Assembly (NCBI GenBank): GCA_965214705.1
Contig: CBDCCI010000001.1
Coordinates: 128,001-192,000 of the forward strand
Direction of reading: 5' to 3'
DNA: 64,000 nt
Source of the DNA: Alphaproteobacteria bacterium
Lineage (GTDB): Bacteria; Pseudomonadota; Alphaproteobacteria; UBA828
Under the pieces are notes generated by a model. That model was not told the DNA's origin, made no database searches, and saw only the letters and a list, made by a program, of their open reading frames with translations. The position numbers were made by a program, and so were the translations under genes. This document shows, piece by piece, positions 1-9,816 of this stretch (positions are counted from its first letter, which is position 1; each line of letters opens with the position of its first letter).

Positions 1-375
1 GTCTTCGCGGTCGGCAACAGCGCGCGGGTGGCGCGACTCTCCGGCGTTCGGGTCGACTGGACGGTGCTGGGCGTCTATGTGCTGAGCGGCTTCTGCTCGG
101 CCCTTGCCGGCGTGCTGATGACGGGCTTCTCCACCGTCTCCTTCCTCAACATGGGCCAGCGCTTCTTATTGCCGGCGATCGCCGTCGTGCTGGTGGGTGG
201 CACGCTCGCCATCGGCGGGCGCGGGCACTATCTCGGCATCTTCGGCGGCGCGCTGCTGCTGACGGCGGTGGGGACGCTGGTCTCGGGCTCCGAGCTTCAC
301 TTCGCCTGGCGCGACATCATCTTCGGCATCGTCGTGCTCGGCGCCGTGCTGACGCTGCGCGAACGCAGCACCTAA
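1..375 (+). CDS. Sugar-type ABC transporter permease (RbsC-like), 5'-truncated by window edge
   Basis: Open frame from base 1; hydrophobic, VFAVGNSARVARLSGV and AIAVVLVGGT motifs typical of BPD_transp_2 permeases. Confidence 0.85.
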   Translation, partial: VFAVGNSARVARLSGVRVDWTVLGVYVLSGFCSALAGVLMTGFSTVSFLNMGQRFLLPAIAVVLVGGTLAIGGRGHYLGIFGGALLLTAVGTLVSGSELHFAWRDIIFGIVVLGAVLTLRERST

Positions 376-411
376 CAACCCTCCGCAAGCAAGACAGGGG
401 ATGTATCCGGG

Positions 412-915
412 TTAGACCCGCTTGGGCGGGAACTCCCGGCCGAGCCACTCGGTGTAGAAGCCTTCGAGGTCCGGCTCGAAGCTGTGCACGATGGGATAGC
501 CCGGCGGCACCGCCTCCACCTCCAGCAGCGAGCCGTCGAGGGGATCGTAGTATTCGCGGAGCTCCATCCACGCCGGGTCGGCGTGCATCCACTTGGGATA
601 AATCTCCTGCATCTTCTCGTCGGTATCCCGCACGGCGATGCGCGCCTTCAGCTTCCAGTTCTCCCGGTAGTCGCCGAACTCGTGGCCGCTCATGCTCTTG
701 GTGACGATGGACCCGTCGTCCTTGAGCACGATGAAGAGCTTGGGGCCGAGCGGCAGCAGCACCCGATCGTCCCAGGGCACTTGCTCCTGGAGGACAGCGA
801 GGAAGGTGTCGAAGCGCTCCGCGTCCTTGAACGCGCTCATCATCTGCTTGAGCTGCGGCCAGGGCAGCGTGCCGCGGTAGAGCTCCTCGATCGTGGCCTT
901 GTCGTAGGCGGTCAT
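412..915 (-). CDS. acxC: Acetone carboxylase gamma subunit-like protein
   Basis: MTAYDKATIEELYRGTLPW...KDAERF...GHEFGDYRENWK...LREYY...PPGYPIVHSFEPDLEGFY matches the AcxC pattern; third gene of an acxABC-ordered operon. Confidence 0.85.
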   Translation of the reverse strand: MTAYDKATIEELYRGTLPWPQLKQMMSAFKDAERFDTFLAVLQEQVPWDDRVLLPLGPKLFIVLKDDGSIVTKSMSGHEFGDYRENWKLKARIAVRDTDEKMQEIYPKWMHADPAWMELREYYDPLDGSLLEVEAVPPGYPIVHSFEPDLEGFYTEWLGREFPPKRV

Positions 916-929
916 GGCATTGCCCCCGC

Positions 930-3170
930 CTAACGAGTGTGGCCCAAGGCATCGCCGTTGGGCGGGGACCAATCCGCCGGCAGGCCCCAGAAATCCTTGT
1001 AGAGCGCCGCCCAGCTCTCGGAGAGCGCGATGCTCTCGCGATAGGCCTTTGCGACCGGCTCGATGAAGTCGAGGTCGGCCGCGCGGCCGCGCTGGCCCTC
1101 CATCCACTCCTCGACCGGCACGCTGTCTGCGAGGCGCTGCTTGCGCATGTCGGCACGGAGCGCAACGGTCGCGCTCGCGTCCAGCACCCAGCGACCGTCC
1201 TCGTCCTGCTCGGCGACGACGCCGTAGGTGGTCGGCGCGAAGCGGGGCAGCACGTCGCCCGAGTTCAGGTCGGCGACGACGGCCTCCGGCTCGCGGTCGA
1301 GCGGATCGCCCAACCCGTGACCGCCGTTGAGCACGCTCAGATAGAGGTCGTATTCGCTCTGGGATACCGGGAAGTGATGGCAGCGGCGGTCGATCAGGTG
1401 ATCGGCCTCCACGTTCGCCTTGATCTGGCTGTCCTCGGTATCCCTGTCCTCGACCGGATAGGGCAGGCCCTGGGCGATCCTCTCCTTCATGTCGGTGTTG
1501 GTGATCATGTGGCGGTAGCCGCTGGAGCCCGGATAGCCGCCGTAGAGGCCCGAGGTCTGGAAGACATGGCCGCTGTTGCAGTGGAAGAGGATCTGCCGCT
1601 CGGTGCCGTAGAGCATGCGCACGCATTCCCAGCCCGAGCCGCCGCGCTGCTTGCCGGGCCCGCCGGTGTTGGGGCGGATCCGGCGGCCGAAATAGAGCAG
1701 CGGCTCGGTCAGCTCCCAGGCCTCGACATCGCCCATGTCGCCTTCCGGATTCCACATCGCAGCGCCCGAGACCTCGCCGTCGTAGCCCCAGCGGGCGGAG
1801 ATGCCGCAGCTCGAATGCTCGAAATTGGACCAGCCGGCATCCTGGCCGTGGTGGTTGATGCCGCCGCCTTGCGTGATGTTGCCGGTGAAGGGATAGGCGG
1901 CCAGCACCTCCTCCAGATAACCGCGCGCGGTGAAGGCGCGGCTGAGCGCATGGATCAGCCCCGTGAAGCAGGGGATCAGGAAGATCCAGGAGAGCGTGTT
2001 GGAGACGCTCCTGTTGTCGGGATTGGACCAGGTGCCGTAGGGCGTGTTGAACGAGGTCGCGAGATAGGCGCCGTCGTTGACCTTGTCGTTGGGCACGAGC
2101 GTCTGCGAGAGCACGACCCAGAGCCCGCCCTGTAGCCCGGACGGCGTGCAGTTGAACGAGTGGTAGCCCCACTTGTTGGCGCCGTCGAGGTCGACGTGGA
2201 ACGAGGCGTCGCGGCCGATGGTGAGCGAGAGCGGGCAGTTCATCATCGAGTTGACGGCGGCGTAGTCCGGCATCAGCCCCTTGTCCTCCTCATGGGGCAC
2301 GTCCATGAAGGAGGGCACGCGGTAGATGCCGGGCACGGTCATCTGCGTGAGGTTGCGTTTGAAGGCGCGTCGCGCATCCTCGATCACCTCGCGCATGAAC
2401 AGCTTGTAGGTGTCGATGCCTTCTTCCGCGATGAGCCGCTCCACCGTCGCCCGGATGATCTGACAGCCGGCGATGCGGCACTTCTCGTCGAGCACCCAGT
2501 AGAAGGGCATCCGCACCGCGGTCTCGATGCGGTTCTCGTAGTCGCGGTTGAGCGTGTCGTTGGACCCCACCTTCATGCACGACAGAATCAGCCCGTCCTC
2601 GTAGCGGCTTACGGTGCCGATGGGCATGCTGGCCGGCTGCGGGGCGCCCACGTCCAGCTCGTGCACCACGCCGGCGGCCCAGCCCACGATCTCGCCCTCG
2701 TGGAAGAGGGGCAGGAAATTCATGACATCGGCGTTGTGGACGCCGCCAAGCTGAGGGTCGTTGTTGACGAAGATGTCGCCGGGCGCGATTCCGGGATTGG
2801 TCTCGTAGTCCGAGCGGATCATGTGCTTGATCGCCATCGACATCGTGTGGACGTGCGCCATGATCCCGGTGCTGAGCGTGATCGCGTCGCCTTCCGGCGT
2901 GTAGAGAGCGAAGCAGAGCTCGCCGACTTCGCGCACGATCGGGCTCGCCGAGATGTTCATCGCCGTCTCGCGCGCGCCCACCAAGCCGCCGCGCAGGCGC
3001 GAGAACATCTTCTCGTAGCGGATGGGCTCGGCAGCCTTGAGCGGGAGCTCGTCGAGGCCCCCGTAGTGGCCGGTCTCCGAGAAGATCCGTTCGCTCTCTT
3101 CCAGCATCCCGGCGAGCGAGGCACCGCCCCAACCGATCCCGTAGTCATGCTCCAGTGCGACGTCGCTCAC
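930..3170 (-). CDS. acxB: Acetone carboxylase alpha subunit-like protein (hydantoinase B/oxoprolinase family)
   Basis: ISASPIVREVGELCFALY, HNAD and VVHE metal-ligand region, NPEGDMGDVEAWE; GTG start with GGAGG RBS. Confidence 0.85.
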   Translation of the reverse strand: MSDVALEHDYGIGWGGASLAGMLEESERIFSETGHYGGLDELPLKAAEPIRYEKMFSRLRGGLVGARETAMNISASPIVREVGELCFALYTPEGDAITLSTGIMAHVHTMSMAIKHMIRSDYETNPGIAPGDIFVNNDPQLGGVHNADVMNFLPLFHEGEIVGWAAGVVHELDVGAPQPASMPIGTVSRYEDGLILSCMKVGSNDTLNRDYENRIETAVRMPFYWVLDEKCRIAGCQIIRATVERLIAEEGIDTYKLFMREVIEDARRAFKRNLTQMTVPGIYRVPSFMDVPHEEDKGLMPDYAAVNSMMNCPLSLTIGRDASFHVDLDGANKWGYHSFNCTPSGLQGGLWVVLSQTLVPNDKVNDGAYLATSFNTPYGTWSNPDNRSVSNTLSWIFLIPCFTGLIHALSRAFTARGYLEEVLAAYPFTGNITQGGGINHHGQDAGWSNFEHSSCGISARWGYDGEVSGAAMWNPEGDMGDVEAWELTEPLLYFGRRIRPNTGGPGKQRGGSGWECVRMLYGTERQILFHCNSGHVFQTSGLYGGYPGSSGYRHMITNTDMKERIAQGLPYPVEDRDTEDSQIKANVEADHLIDRRCHHFPVSQSEYDLYLSVLNGGHGLGDPLDREPEAVVADLNSGDVLPRFAPTTYGVVAEQDEDGRWVLDASATVALRADMRKQRLADSVPVEEWMEGQRGRAADLDFIEPVAKAYRESIALSESWAALYKDFWGLPADWSPPNGDALGHTR

Positions 3171-3205
3171 TTCAGCCTCCGCTGCTCTTCCGACCGGCCC
3201 GCGGC

Positions 3206-5362
3206 CTACCCCGCGTCGGTCGTCAGGTGAAAGATGCTGTGCCGGTCGAGCCGTGCCGTCCGGCCCGCCGGCACCAGCATGGTCGACGCCGGCGATTCGA
3301 CGATGGCCGGCCCTTCTATGACGTTGCCGGGCCTGAGCCGCTGCAGGTCGAGGATCTGCGCCGGCACCCACTGGCCGTCCGCATAGATGTTGCGCCCTGC
3401 CTTGAGCGCGGCGGCGGGCGGCGCCGGCCCTTCCTCCGCCTCGTCAGGCAGCTCCGGCTTCTCCACGGGCGTGGACCCGGTCATCACCACCGCCGTCACC
3501 ATGTATCCAAACTGCGGCGTGCGGGCGGCGAGGCCGTACATCTTGCCGTACTCCGCCTCGAAGCCGCTGCAGAGCCCGTCCAGCATCTCTTCCAGGTTCG
3601 ATCCGTAGCCGTCTTCCACCGGGACTTCGAGATCGTTCAACTGGCCATAGTAGAGCATCCTGGCCGCCGGCCGGTAGCTGACGGACTCCGGGCGCACGCC
3701 GCTCTTCTCGAACTCGGCGTTGACCTGCTCCTTCAGCTCGTCCCAGGCGGCGATGATTGCCTCAGCCACCGCGCGCCGCTTATCGGCGCCGTCGCCGGGG
3801 AGCAGCGCCATGTCCAGGGTCTTGTCGTAGCGGTAGGCGTATTCGCCGCAGGCGCAGCCGAATGCCGAGAAGCCGGGCGCCCAGGCTGGCACGAGGATGT
3901 CGTCGAAGGCGAGGCCCTGGCTGTAGCCGGCCACATGCAGCGGCCCGCCGCCGCCGTAGCAGAGCAGCGTGTAGCTCTCGGGCGTGTAGCCCTTGCCGAG
4001 GATCAGGCCGAGCAGGCTGTTCTTCAGCTGATCCTCGAACAGCTCCAGCACGCCGGCGGCAGCTTGGTACACGTCGATCCCGAGCGGCTCCGCAACCTGC
4101 GCGCGCACCGCGTCGATGGCGCGTTCCCGGCTCAGCGTGATGTCGCCCCCCAAAAAGTAATCGGGATTGAGATAGCCCAGAACGATGTTGCAATCGGTGA
4201 TGGTCACGGTCTCGACCCCGCCCTCCGGCCAGGAGACGCCGATCATGGCGCCGGCGCTGTCCGGCCCGATCTCGATACGGTTGGTGATCGGGTTGACGCG
4301 GACGTAGGAGCCGGTGCCCGAGCCCACGGAATCGATCCGCACCATCGGCATGTTGAGCAGGATGCGGCCGATGTCGGGCGCATGCTTGGTGGAGAACTCG
4401 CCGTCCGTGATCAGCGCGATATCGAAGGACGTGCCGCCGATATCGGTACACGCGATGTTGGGCACGCCGATCCGCTCGCTCAGGAACTTGCTCCCCACGA
4501 CCCCACCGATGGGCCCGCTGATCATGGTCCGTGCAAGCTCCCGCGCGTTGATCGAGATCGTGCCGCCGTGGCTCGCCATGATCCTGAGCTCGAACTGGCC
4601 GCCCGCCTGCCGGCAGACCTCCTGGACCACCTGCAGCGTCTCGCGCGAGGGCTCAGCCGCGTAGGCCTCCATGATGGTCGAGTTGAGGCGCGGAAAGTCC
4701 TGGCGCGTCGGATAAAGCTCGCTCGACAGGTAGATGGGCTTCTCTGCCACCCCACGCTCGGCCATGACTTCCTGGCCGATCTCACGCACCCGCCGCTCGT
4801 GGTCCTTGTTCTTGTAGGAGAACAGCAGGCAGACGACGATCGACGCAACGTCGTGGTCGATCAGGCTGTGCACGGCGTCGCGCACGTCGCCTTCGTAGAG
4901 CGGGATGATCTCCCTGCCAAAGAGGTCGACGCGCCCGCGCACACCCAGGATCCGCTCGCGCGGTACCAGCGGCTCGTTGTGATGGTGCGTGATGACGTGC
5001 AGGCGGTCGGAGAAGGGATAGCCGAGATAGGTCTGGATGGCGCGTTCGGTCCTGAGATAGTCCTCCATGCCACCGCTCACGATCACGCCGACCTCGCGCC
5101 CCTTGCGCTCCAGCAGGCGGTTCAGCATGGCGGTGCCGGAATAGATGCCGGTCTTGAGGTGAGGGAAGCTCCCGTCCAGCCCCAGGTCCCAGTAGTTCAG
5201 TGCGTCTTTCGCCGACTGGATGAAGCCGATCGATTCATCGTGCGGCGTGGTCTGCGCCTTGCCGACGACGAAGTTGCCGTCCTGATCGATCAGGAAGGTG
5301 TCCGTCATCGTCCCGCCCGCGTCGATGGCGAGGATCTGCGGGATCAGCGCTTTTTCGAGCAT
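3206..5362 (-). CDS. acxA: Acetone carboxylase beta subunit-like protein (hydantoinase A family, ATP-binding)
   Basis: IDAGGTMTD, SGTAMLNR, SGPIGG and DIGGTSFD motifs. Confidence 0.88.
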   Translation of the reverse strand: MLEKALIPQILAIDAGGTMTDTFLIDQDGNFVVGKAQTTPHDESIGFIQSAKDALNYWDLGLDGSFPHLKTGIYSGTAMLNRLLERKGREVGVIVSGGMEDYLRTERAIQTYLGYPFSDRLHVITHHHNEPLVPRERILGVRGRVDLFGREIIPLYEGDVRDAVHSLIDHDVASIVVCLLFSYKNKDHERRVREIGQEVMAERGVAEKPIYLSSELYPTRQDFPRLNSTIMEAYAAEPSRETLQVVQEVCRQAGGQFELRIMASHGGTISINARELARTMISGPIGGVVGSKFLSERIGVPNIACTDIGGTSFDIALITDGEFSTKHAPDIGRILLNMPMVRIDSVGSGTGSYVRVNPITNRIEIGPDSAGAMIGVSWPEGGVETVTITDCNIVLGYLNPDYFLGGDITLSRERAIDAVRAQVAEPLGIDVYQAAAGVLELFEDQLKNSLLGLILGKGYTPESYTLLCYGGGGPLHVAGYSQGLAFDDILVPAWAPGFSAFGCACGEYAYRYDKTLDMALLPGDGADKRRAVAEAIIAAWDELKEQVNAEFEKSGVRPESVSYRPAARMLYYGQLNDLEVPVEDGYGSNLEEMLDGLCSGFEAEYGKMYGLAARTPQFGYMVTAVVMTGSTPVEKPELPDEAEEGPAPPAAALKAGRNIYADGQWVPAQILDLQRLRPGNVIEGPAIVESPASTMLVPAGRTARLDRHSIFHLTTDAG

Positions 5363-5537
5363 CGCTTGCAAACCCGTAGCGGAAGCCGGGCGACACTATG
5401 CCGCACATTGCCGCCCGGTCGTAGGGGCATGAATACCGGCCTCGGCTTGCGGCACCCGGAGGGGGCGGGTAGCCTCTCGCCCGGTTGCCGAGCGCGGCCG
5501 CAAGCCGTGCCGCGCAGCGCCCACGAGCCCGGTGCCC

Positions 5538-6899
5538 ATGCAAAAGCTCCTGATTGCGAACCGGGGCGAGATCGCCTGCCGGATCATGCGAAGCGCGCGG
5601 TCGCTCGGCATCGCGACGGTCGCGGTCTATTCGGACGCCGACGCCGAGGCCCGCCACGTGGCCGAGGCCGACGAGGCGCTGCCCATCGGCCCGCCGGCGG
5701 CGAAGGAGAGCTACCTCGTCGCCGACAGGATCATCGTCGCCGCGCAAGAGAGCGGCGCCGATGCGATCCATCCGGGCTACGGCTTCCTCGCCGAGAACCC
5801 GGCCTTCGCCCGCGCGGTGGAGGACGCCGGCCTTGTCTGGGTGGGGCCGACGGCGGAGAGCATCGCCGCCATGGGCGACAAGGAGCGCGCCCGCACCATC
5901 GCCCGCGACGCGGGGCTCCCCATCGTCCCCGGCAGCGCGCGGCTCACGGCTGACGACCCCTCCGGCCTCGACGACGCCGCCCAGGCCGTGGGCTTCCCGC
6001 TTCTGGTGAAGGCGTCCGCCGGTGGCGGCGGCATCGGGATGCGCCAAGTGGACGATCCGGCCAAGCTCGCGGACGTGGTCGGCGCTACCCAGACCATGGC
6101 GGAGCGCGCGTTCGGCGACGGCACTGTTTACCTGGAGCGGCTGGTGCAGCGCCCGCGTCACGTCGAGATCCAGGTGTTTGGGCACGGCGACGGGCGCGGC
6201 TTCCACCTGATGGAGCGCGAATGCTCGGTGCAGCGGCGCTTCCAGAAGATCGTCGAGGAGGCGCCGTCCCCTGCGGTGGACTCAGGCCTCCGGGCGCGCA
6301 TGGCGGATGCGGCGCTGGCCCTGGTGGAGCGCGAGCGCTACCGCGGCGCCGGCACGGTCGAGTTCATCCTGGCACCGGACGGTGAGTTCTACTTTCTCGA
6401 AATGAACACGCGCATTCAGGTGGAGCACCCGGCGACGGAGATGATCACGGGGCTCGATCTGGTAGGGCTCCAGCTCCGGCTTGCGCAGGGCGAGGACCTG
6501 TCGGGGCTCGCCGCGCCGGTGGACGGGCCCGACGGCCACGCCATCGAGTGCCGCATCTACGCCGAGAACCCAGACAAGAACTTCCTCCCCTCGCCGGGGC
6601 TGCTCGAACGGTTCGCTCCGCCGCCCACAGGCGCAGGCATCCGCCTCGATACCGGCGTGACGGAAGGCGACCGCATCACGCCCTTCTACGACCCCATGAT
6701 CGCCAAGCTCGTCGCCCACGGCAGCGACCGCGGCGGCGCCATCGACAGGATGCTGACGGCGCTCGGCGAATTCCGTATAGAGGGTATCGTCACCAACATC
6801 GACCTTCTGCGCCGCGTGATCGACCATGATGCCTTCCGCGCCGGGAACACCCACACCGGCTTCGTGGACGAGCATCGGTCGGATTTGATGGGTGCCTGA
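5538..6899 (+). CDS. Biotin carboxylase subunit (ATP-grasp), stand-alone
   Basis: KLLIANRGEIA, HPGYGFLAEN, GGGGIGMR, FLEMNTRIQVEHP, YDPMIAKL; no biotinyl domain. Confidence 0.92.
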   Translation: MQKLLIANRGEIACRIMRSARSLGIATVAVYSDADAEARHVAEADEALPIGPPAAKESYLVADRIIVAAQESGADAIHPGYGFLAENPAFARAVEDAGLVWVGPTAESIAAMGDKERARTIARDAGLPIVPGSARLTADDPSGLDDAAQAVGFPLLVKASAGGGGIGMRQVDDPAKLADVVGATQTMAERAFGDGTVYLERLVQRPRHVEIQVFGHGDGRGFHLMERECSVQRRFQKIVEEAPSPAVDSGLRARMADAALALVERERYRGAGTVEFILAPDGEFYFLEMNTRIQVEHPATEMITGLDLVGLQLRLAQGEDLSGLAAPVDGPDGHAIECRIYAENPDKNFLPSPGLLERFAPPPTGAGIRLDTGVTEGDRITPFYDPMIAKLVAHGSDRGGAIDRMLTALGEFRIEGIVTNIDLLRRVIDHDAFRAGNTHTGFVDEHRSDLMGA

Positions 6900-6922
6900 A
6901 CGCCCGCTGAGAGAGCCGCGCC

Positions 6923-7792
6923 ATGATCTACGACGAGCCAAAATTCCTCCCCGGCGGCGACCGTTACGTGCTGATCGAGTTCGGCAATGAGATGAACCTG
7001 GAGCTGAACTTCGTCGCCCAGGGGCTGGCGGCGCGCATCGTCGCCGACAAGACCAAGGGCATCGTCGAGACCGCGCCCTGCTTCGCCTCGATGCTGGTTC
7101 ACTACGAGCCGCGCGAGATCTCCTACGACGACGTGGTGAAGGAGCTGAAGGCGCTGATCGCGAGCTTGGGCTCCACCGACGATATCGAGCTCGACAGCCG
7201 GCTCTTCCTGTTCGAGACCATGTACCTCGATCCGTGGACCAGGGACTGCATCGAGGACTACAGCGAGAAGATCACACCCAAGGAGTACGACCCGGACATG
7301 GTGGCGCGGCTCAACGGCCTCGCCGATCGCGATCAGCTCGTCCGCGTCCATTCGAGCTCGGAATACTGGGTGGCCTCCCTCGGCTTCTGGCCGGGCCTGC
7401 CCTTCCTTCAGCCTCTCGACCCGCGGGCGATGATCACCGTGCCCAAGTACAACCCGCCCCGCACCTGGACCCCCCAGGGCACGGTCGGCATGGGGGGCTC
7501 GGCGAGCGCGATCTACCCGGTCAACACGCCGGGCGGCTATCAGCTCCTCGGCCGCACGCCGGTGCCGATCTGGGACACGGAGAAGCGCTTCGACGTGTTC
7601 GGCGGGGACATCGTGCTGTTTCAGCCCGGCGACCGCATCAAGTTCGTGCCCGTGACTCAGGAGGGCTACGAACGGGCGGAGGCGCGGATCGAAGACGGCA
7701 CCTACCTCTACAACGTGGTCGAGTATCAGCGCTTCTCAGTGCACAACTACAGGCACTGGGTCTCGAAGCTGGACCAAGACCAACGGTTCTGA
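6923..7792 (+). CDS. Carboxyltransferase/allophanate hydrolase subunit 1 (PxpB/KipI-like)
   Basis: GDRYVLIEFG, LGFWPGLPF, PKYNPPRTWTP, PGGYQLLGRTP, GDRIKF motifs. Confidence 0.85.
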   Translation: MIYDEPKFLPGGDRYVLIEFGNEMNLELNFVAQGLAARIVADKTKGIVETAPCFASMLVHYEPREISYDDVVKELKALIASLGSTDDIELDSRLFLFETMYLDPWTRDCIEDYSEKITPKEYDPDMVARLNGLADRDQLVRVHSSSEYWVASLGFWPGLPFLQPLDPRAMITVPKYNPPRTWTPQGTVGMGGSASAIYPVNTPGGYQLLGRTPVPIWDTEKRFDVFGGDIVLFQPGDRIKFVPVTQEGYERAEARIEDGTYLYNVVEYQRFSVHNYRHWVSKLDQDQRF

Positions 7793-7815
7793 TCGAGGAA
7801 GCGAAAGGGCGTCCC

Positions 7816-8718
7816 ATGCGCGTGACGCGCCGGGCGGTTCTGGTCGGAGCGGGCGCTGCGCTCGCGGCGCCGGCACTCGGCGCCGCGGCCGCAGAAGCGC
7901 TGGTCAAGCGCATTCCGGCAACCGGAGAGCCGGTGCCGGCGGTCGGGATCGGCAGCTGGATCACCTTCAACGTGGGCGACGATCCGCTGCTGCGCGCCGA
8001 ATGCCGCGCGGTCATAGCCGCTTTCTTGGAGGCGGGCGGGGGCATGGTCGATTCCTCGCCCATGTACGGCTCCTCGCAGGCGGTGATCGGCGACGCGCTG
8101 GCGACGCTCGGCCATCCGGCGGGCCTCTTCTCCGCCGACAAGGTCTGGACTAACGCTTCCGACGGCCCGGCGCAGATTGCGGAGACGACCCGGCGTTGGG
8201 GAGTGGAGCGCTTCGATCTGCTGCAGGTCCACAACCTGATCGACTGGGAAGCCAATCTCGACACCCTCGAGGCCATGAAGGCGGCCGGGTGGCTGCGCTA
8301 CACCGGCGTCACCACCTCGCACGGCCGCCGGCACGAAGAGCTGGAGGAGGTCCTGCGCCGGCGGCCGCCCGATTTCGTCCAGCTCACCTACAACATCGTG
8401 GACCGGGAGGTGGAGCGCCGCCTGCTGCCGCTCGCCTTGGAGCAAGGGATCGCGGTCATCTGCAACCGGCCGTTCCAGCGCGGCCGGCTGCCGGATTGGC
8501 TTGCGGGCCACCCGCTGCCCGGTTGGGCCCGCGAGATCGGCGTCTCCACCTGGCCGCAGTTCCTGCTGAAGTTCATCATCTCGCATCCCGCGGTCACGGC
8601 CGCGATCCCGGCAACGCGGCGGGTGGACCACGTGCGCGAGAACAAGTCGGCCGCATTCGGCCCCATGCCGGACGCCGCCATGCGCCGGCGTATGGCGGAG
8701 CATGTACAGAGCCTGTAG
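7816..8718 (+). CDS. Aldo/keto reductase with twin-arginine signal peptide
   Basis: TRRAVL plus hydrophobic stretch; DSSPMYG, DLLQVHNL, YTGVTTSHG, DFVQLTYN. Confidence 0.85.
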   Translation: MRVTRRAVLVGAGAALAAPALGAAAAEALVKRIPATGEPVPAVGIGSWITFNVGDDPLLRAECRAVIAAFLEAGGGMVDSSPMYGSSQAVIGDALATLGHPAGLFSADKVWTNASDGPAQIAETTRRWGVERFDLLQVHNLIDWEANLDTLEAMKAAGWLRYTGVTTSHGRRHEELEEVLRRRPPDFVQLTYNIVDREVERRLLPLALEQGIAVICNRPFQRGRLPDWLAGHPLPGWAREIGVSTWPQFLLKFIISHPAVTAAIPATRRVDHVRENKSAAFGPMPDAAMRRRMAEHVQSL

Positions 8719-8781
8719 CGCCGCCCAGCTCGAACTGAAGCCCCGCGGGAGCCTCGGGCGGAGTCAAAACGCGCGCTAGCC

Positions 8782-9444
8782 GTGTCCTGGACGCTGGAAG
8801 ACCTGCTGCTGTTTTCGCCGCAGGTCTATTGGCGGCTCTTCGCGCTGGAAAACGAGTCGGTTTGGCCGGCCCAGCCGGTGGTGCTGGCCGCCGCTGCGCT
8901 GCTCGCGCTCAGCTTCATTTGGGGCAGGCGGCCCTCCGGGCGTTGGCTCGGCCCGGTGCTCGGCGCGGCCTGGCTCTGGACCGGCTGGCATTTCGTCGCG
9001 CTCCGCTATGGAACGGTCAACTGGGTCGCGCCCACGCTCGCCTGGGGCTTCTACGCCGAGGCCGCCCTGCTGGTGGGGCTCGGACTCTCGGGCCGGATCG
9101 TCTTCCCGCGCCAAGGGCGCAGTGCCTGGTTCGGCATCGGCCTGCTCGCAACGGCGTTGGTCTGGCCGGTTCTCGCGCCGCTCGACGGACGCCTCTGGCG
9201 CGAGGCGGAGGTCGTCGCCATCGCCCCGGACCCCACGGCCATCGCCACGCTTGCCCTGCTGGCGCTCGCGGAACGCAGCCGGTGGACGGCCCTTCTGTGC
9301 ATCGCCCCGGTGCTGTGGCTCGCAATCTCCACGCTCACACTCGTGACGATGGGCACCTGGCAGGGATGGGCGGTGCTCGCCGCGCTGCTCGCTGGTCTCG
9401 CCGCCTGGGTCGCACCCCTGGTGAAGAAAACAGAGATGCGCTAA
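8782..9444 (+). CDS. DUF6064-like integral membrane protein
   Basis: Multiple TM segments; LLFSPQVYWRLF...WPAQ and APDPTAIAT motifs. Confidence 0.7.
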   Translation: MSWTLEDLLLFSPQVYWRLFALENESVWPAQPVVLAAAALLALSFIWGRRPSGRWLGPVLGAAWLWTGWHFVALRYGTVNWVAPTLAWGFYAEAALLVGLGLSGRIVFPRQGRSAWFGIGLLATALVWPVLAPLDGRLWREAEVVAIAPDPTAIATLALLALAERSRWTALLCIAPVLWLAISTLTLVTMGTWQGWAVLAALLAGLAAWVAPLVKKTEMR

Positions 9445-9656
9445 CGCTTAGACCGGACCACTTGGTGGGATCGCTCAAAACCCGAATGCTACCCAGGCAA
9501 TTCTTCGCCTATAGTTGATCGCCAGCCTTTGAATGGCCGCGGCCATCGAACTATTTTTGCCCGAGTGGGGCGACAGGCAAGCCCTCCCCGCAGGGTGCCG
9601 TTGTCGTGGAGACGGCGACGCCAATGTCTCCCAGTGCGAGACGCGAGTGCCTCGCG

Positions 9657-9723
9657 AATCAGGACGATGGGCAATCAGGACACGTCACGTAGGACGAAGT
9701 GCTTATACGCATAGGACAAGTGC
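9657..9723 (+). repeat. Four short AGGAC-core direct repeats upstream of the wHTH gene
   Basis: AATCAGGAC twice (cores at 9661 and 9677); TAGGAC(G)AAGTGC twice (cores at 9691 and 9713). Confidence 0.55.
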
Positions 9724-9816
9724 ACCCCCAGGCACCCGCGCCTCCCCCAACTATTTGCAATCTGCGCGCCCACGCCCCTACATTCACGGCAGATGCACGT
9801 CGCTGAGAGGTCGAAC

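Noticed and set aside
3155-5953. Long antisense or alternate-frame ORFs (e.g. 932 aa here, 813 aa at 28103, 700 aa at 21664, 664 aa at 46093)
   Set aside because: Shadow ORFs of recognisable genes in GC-rich DNA; Arg/Pro/Ala-rich with no motifs.
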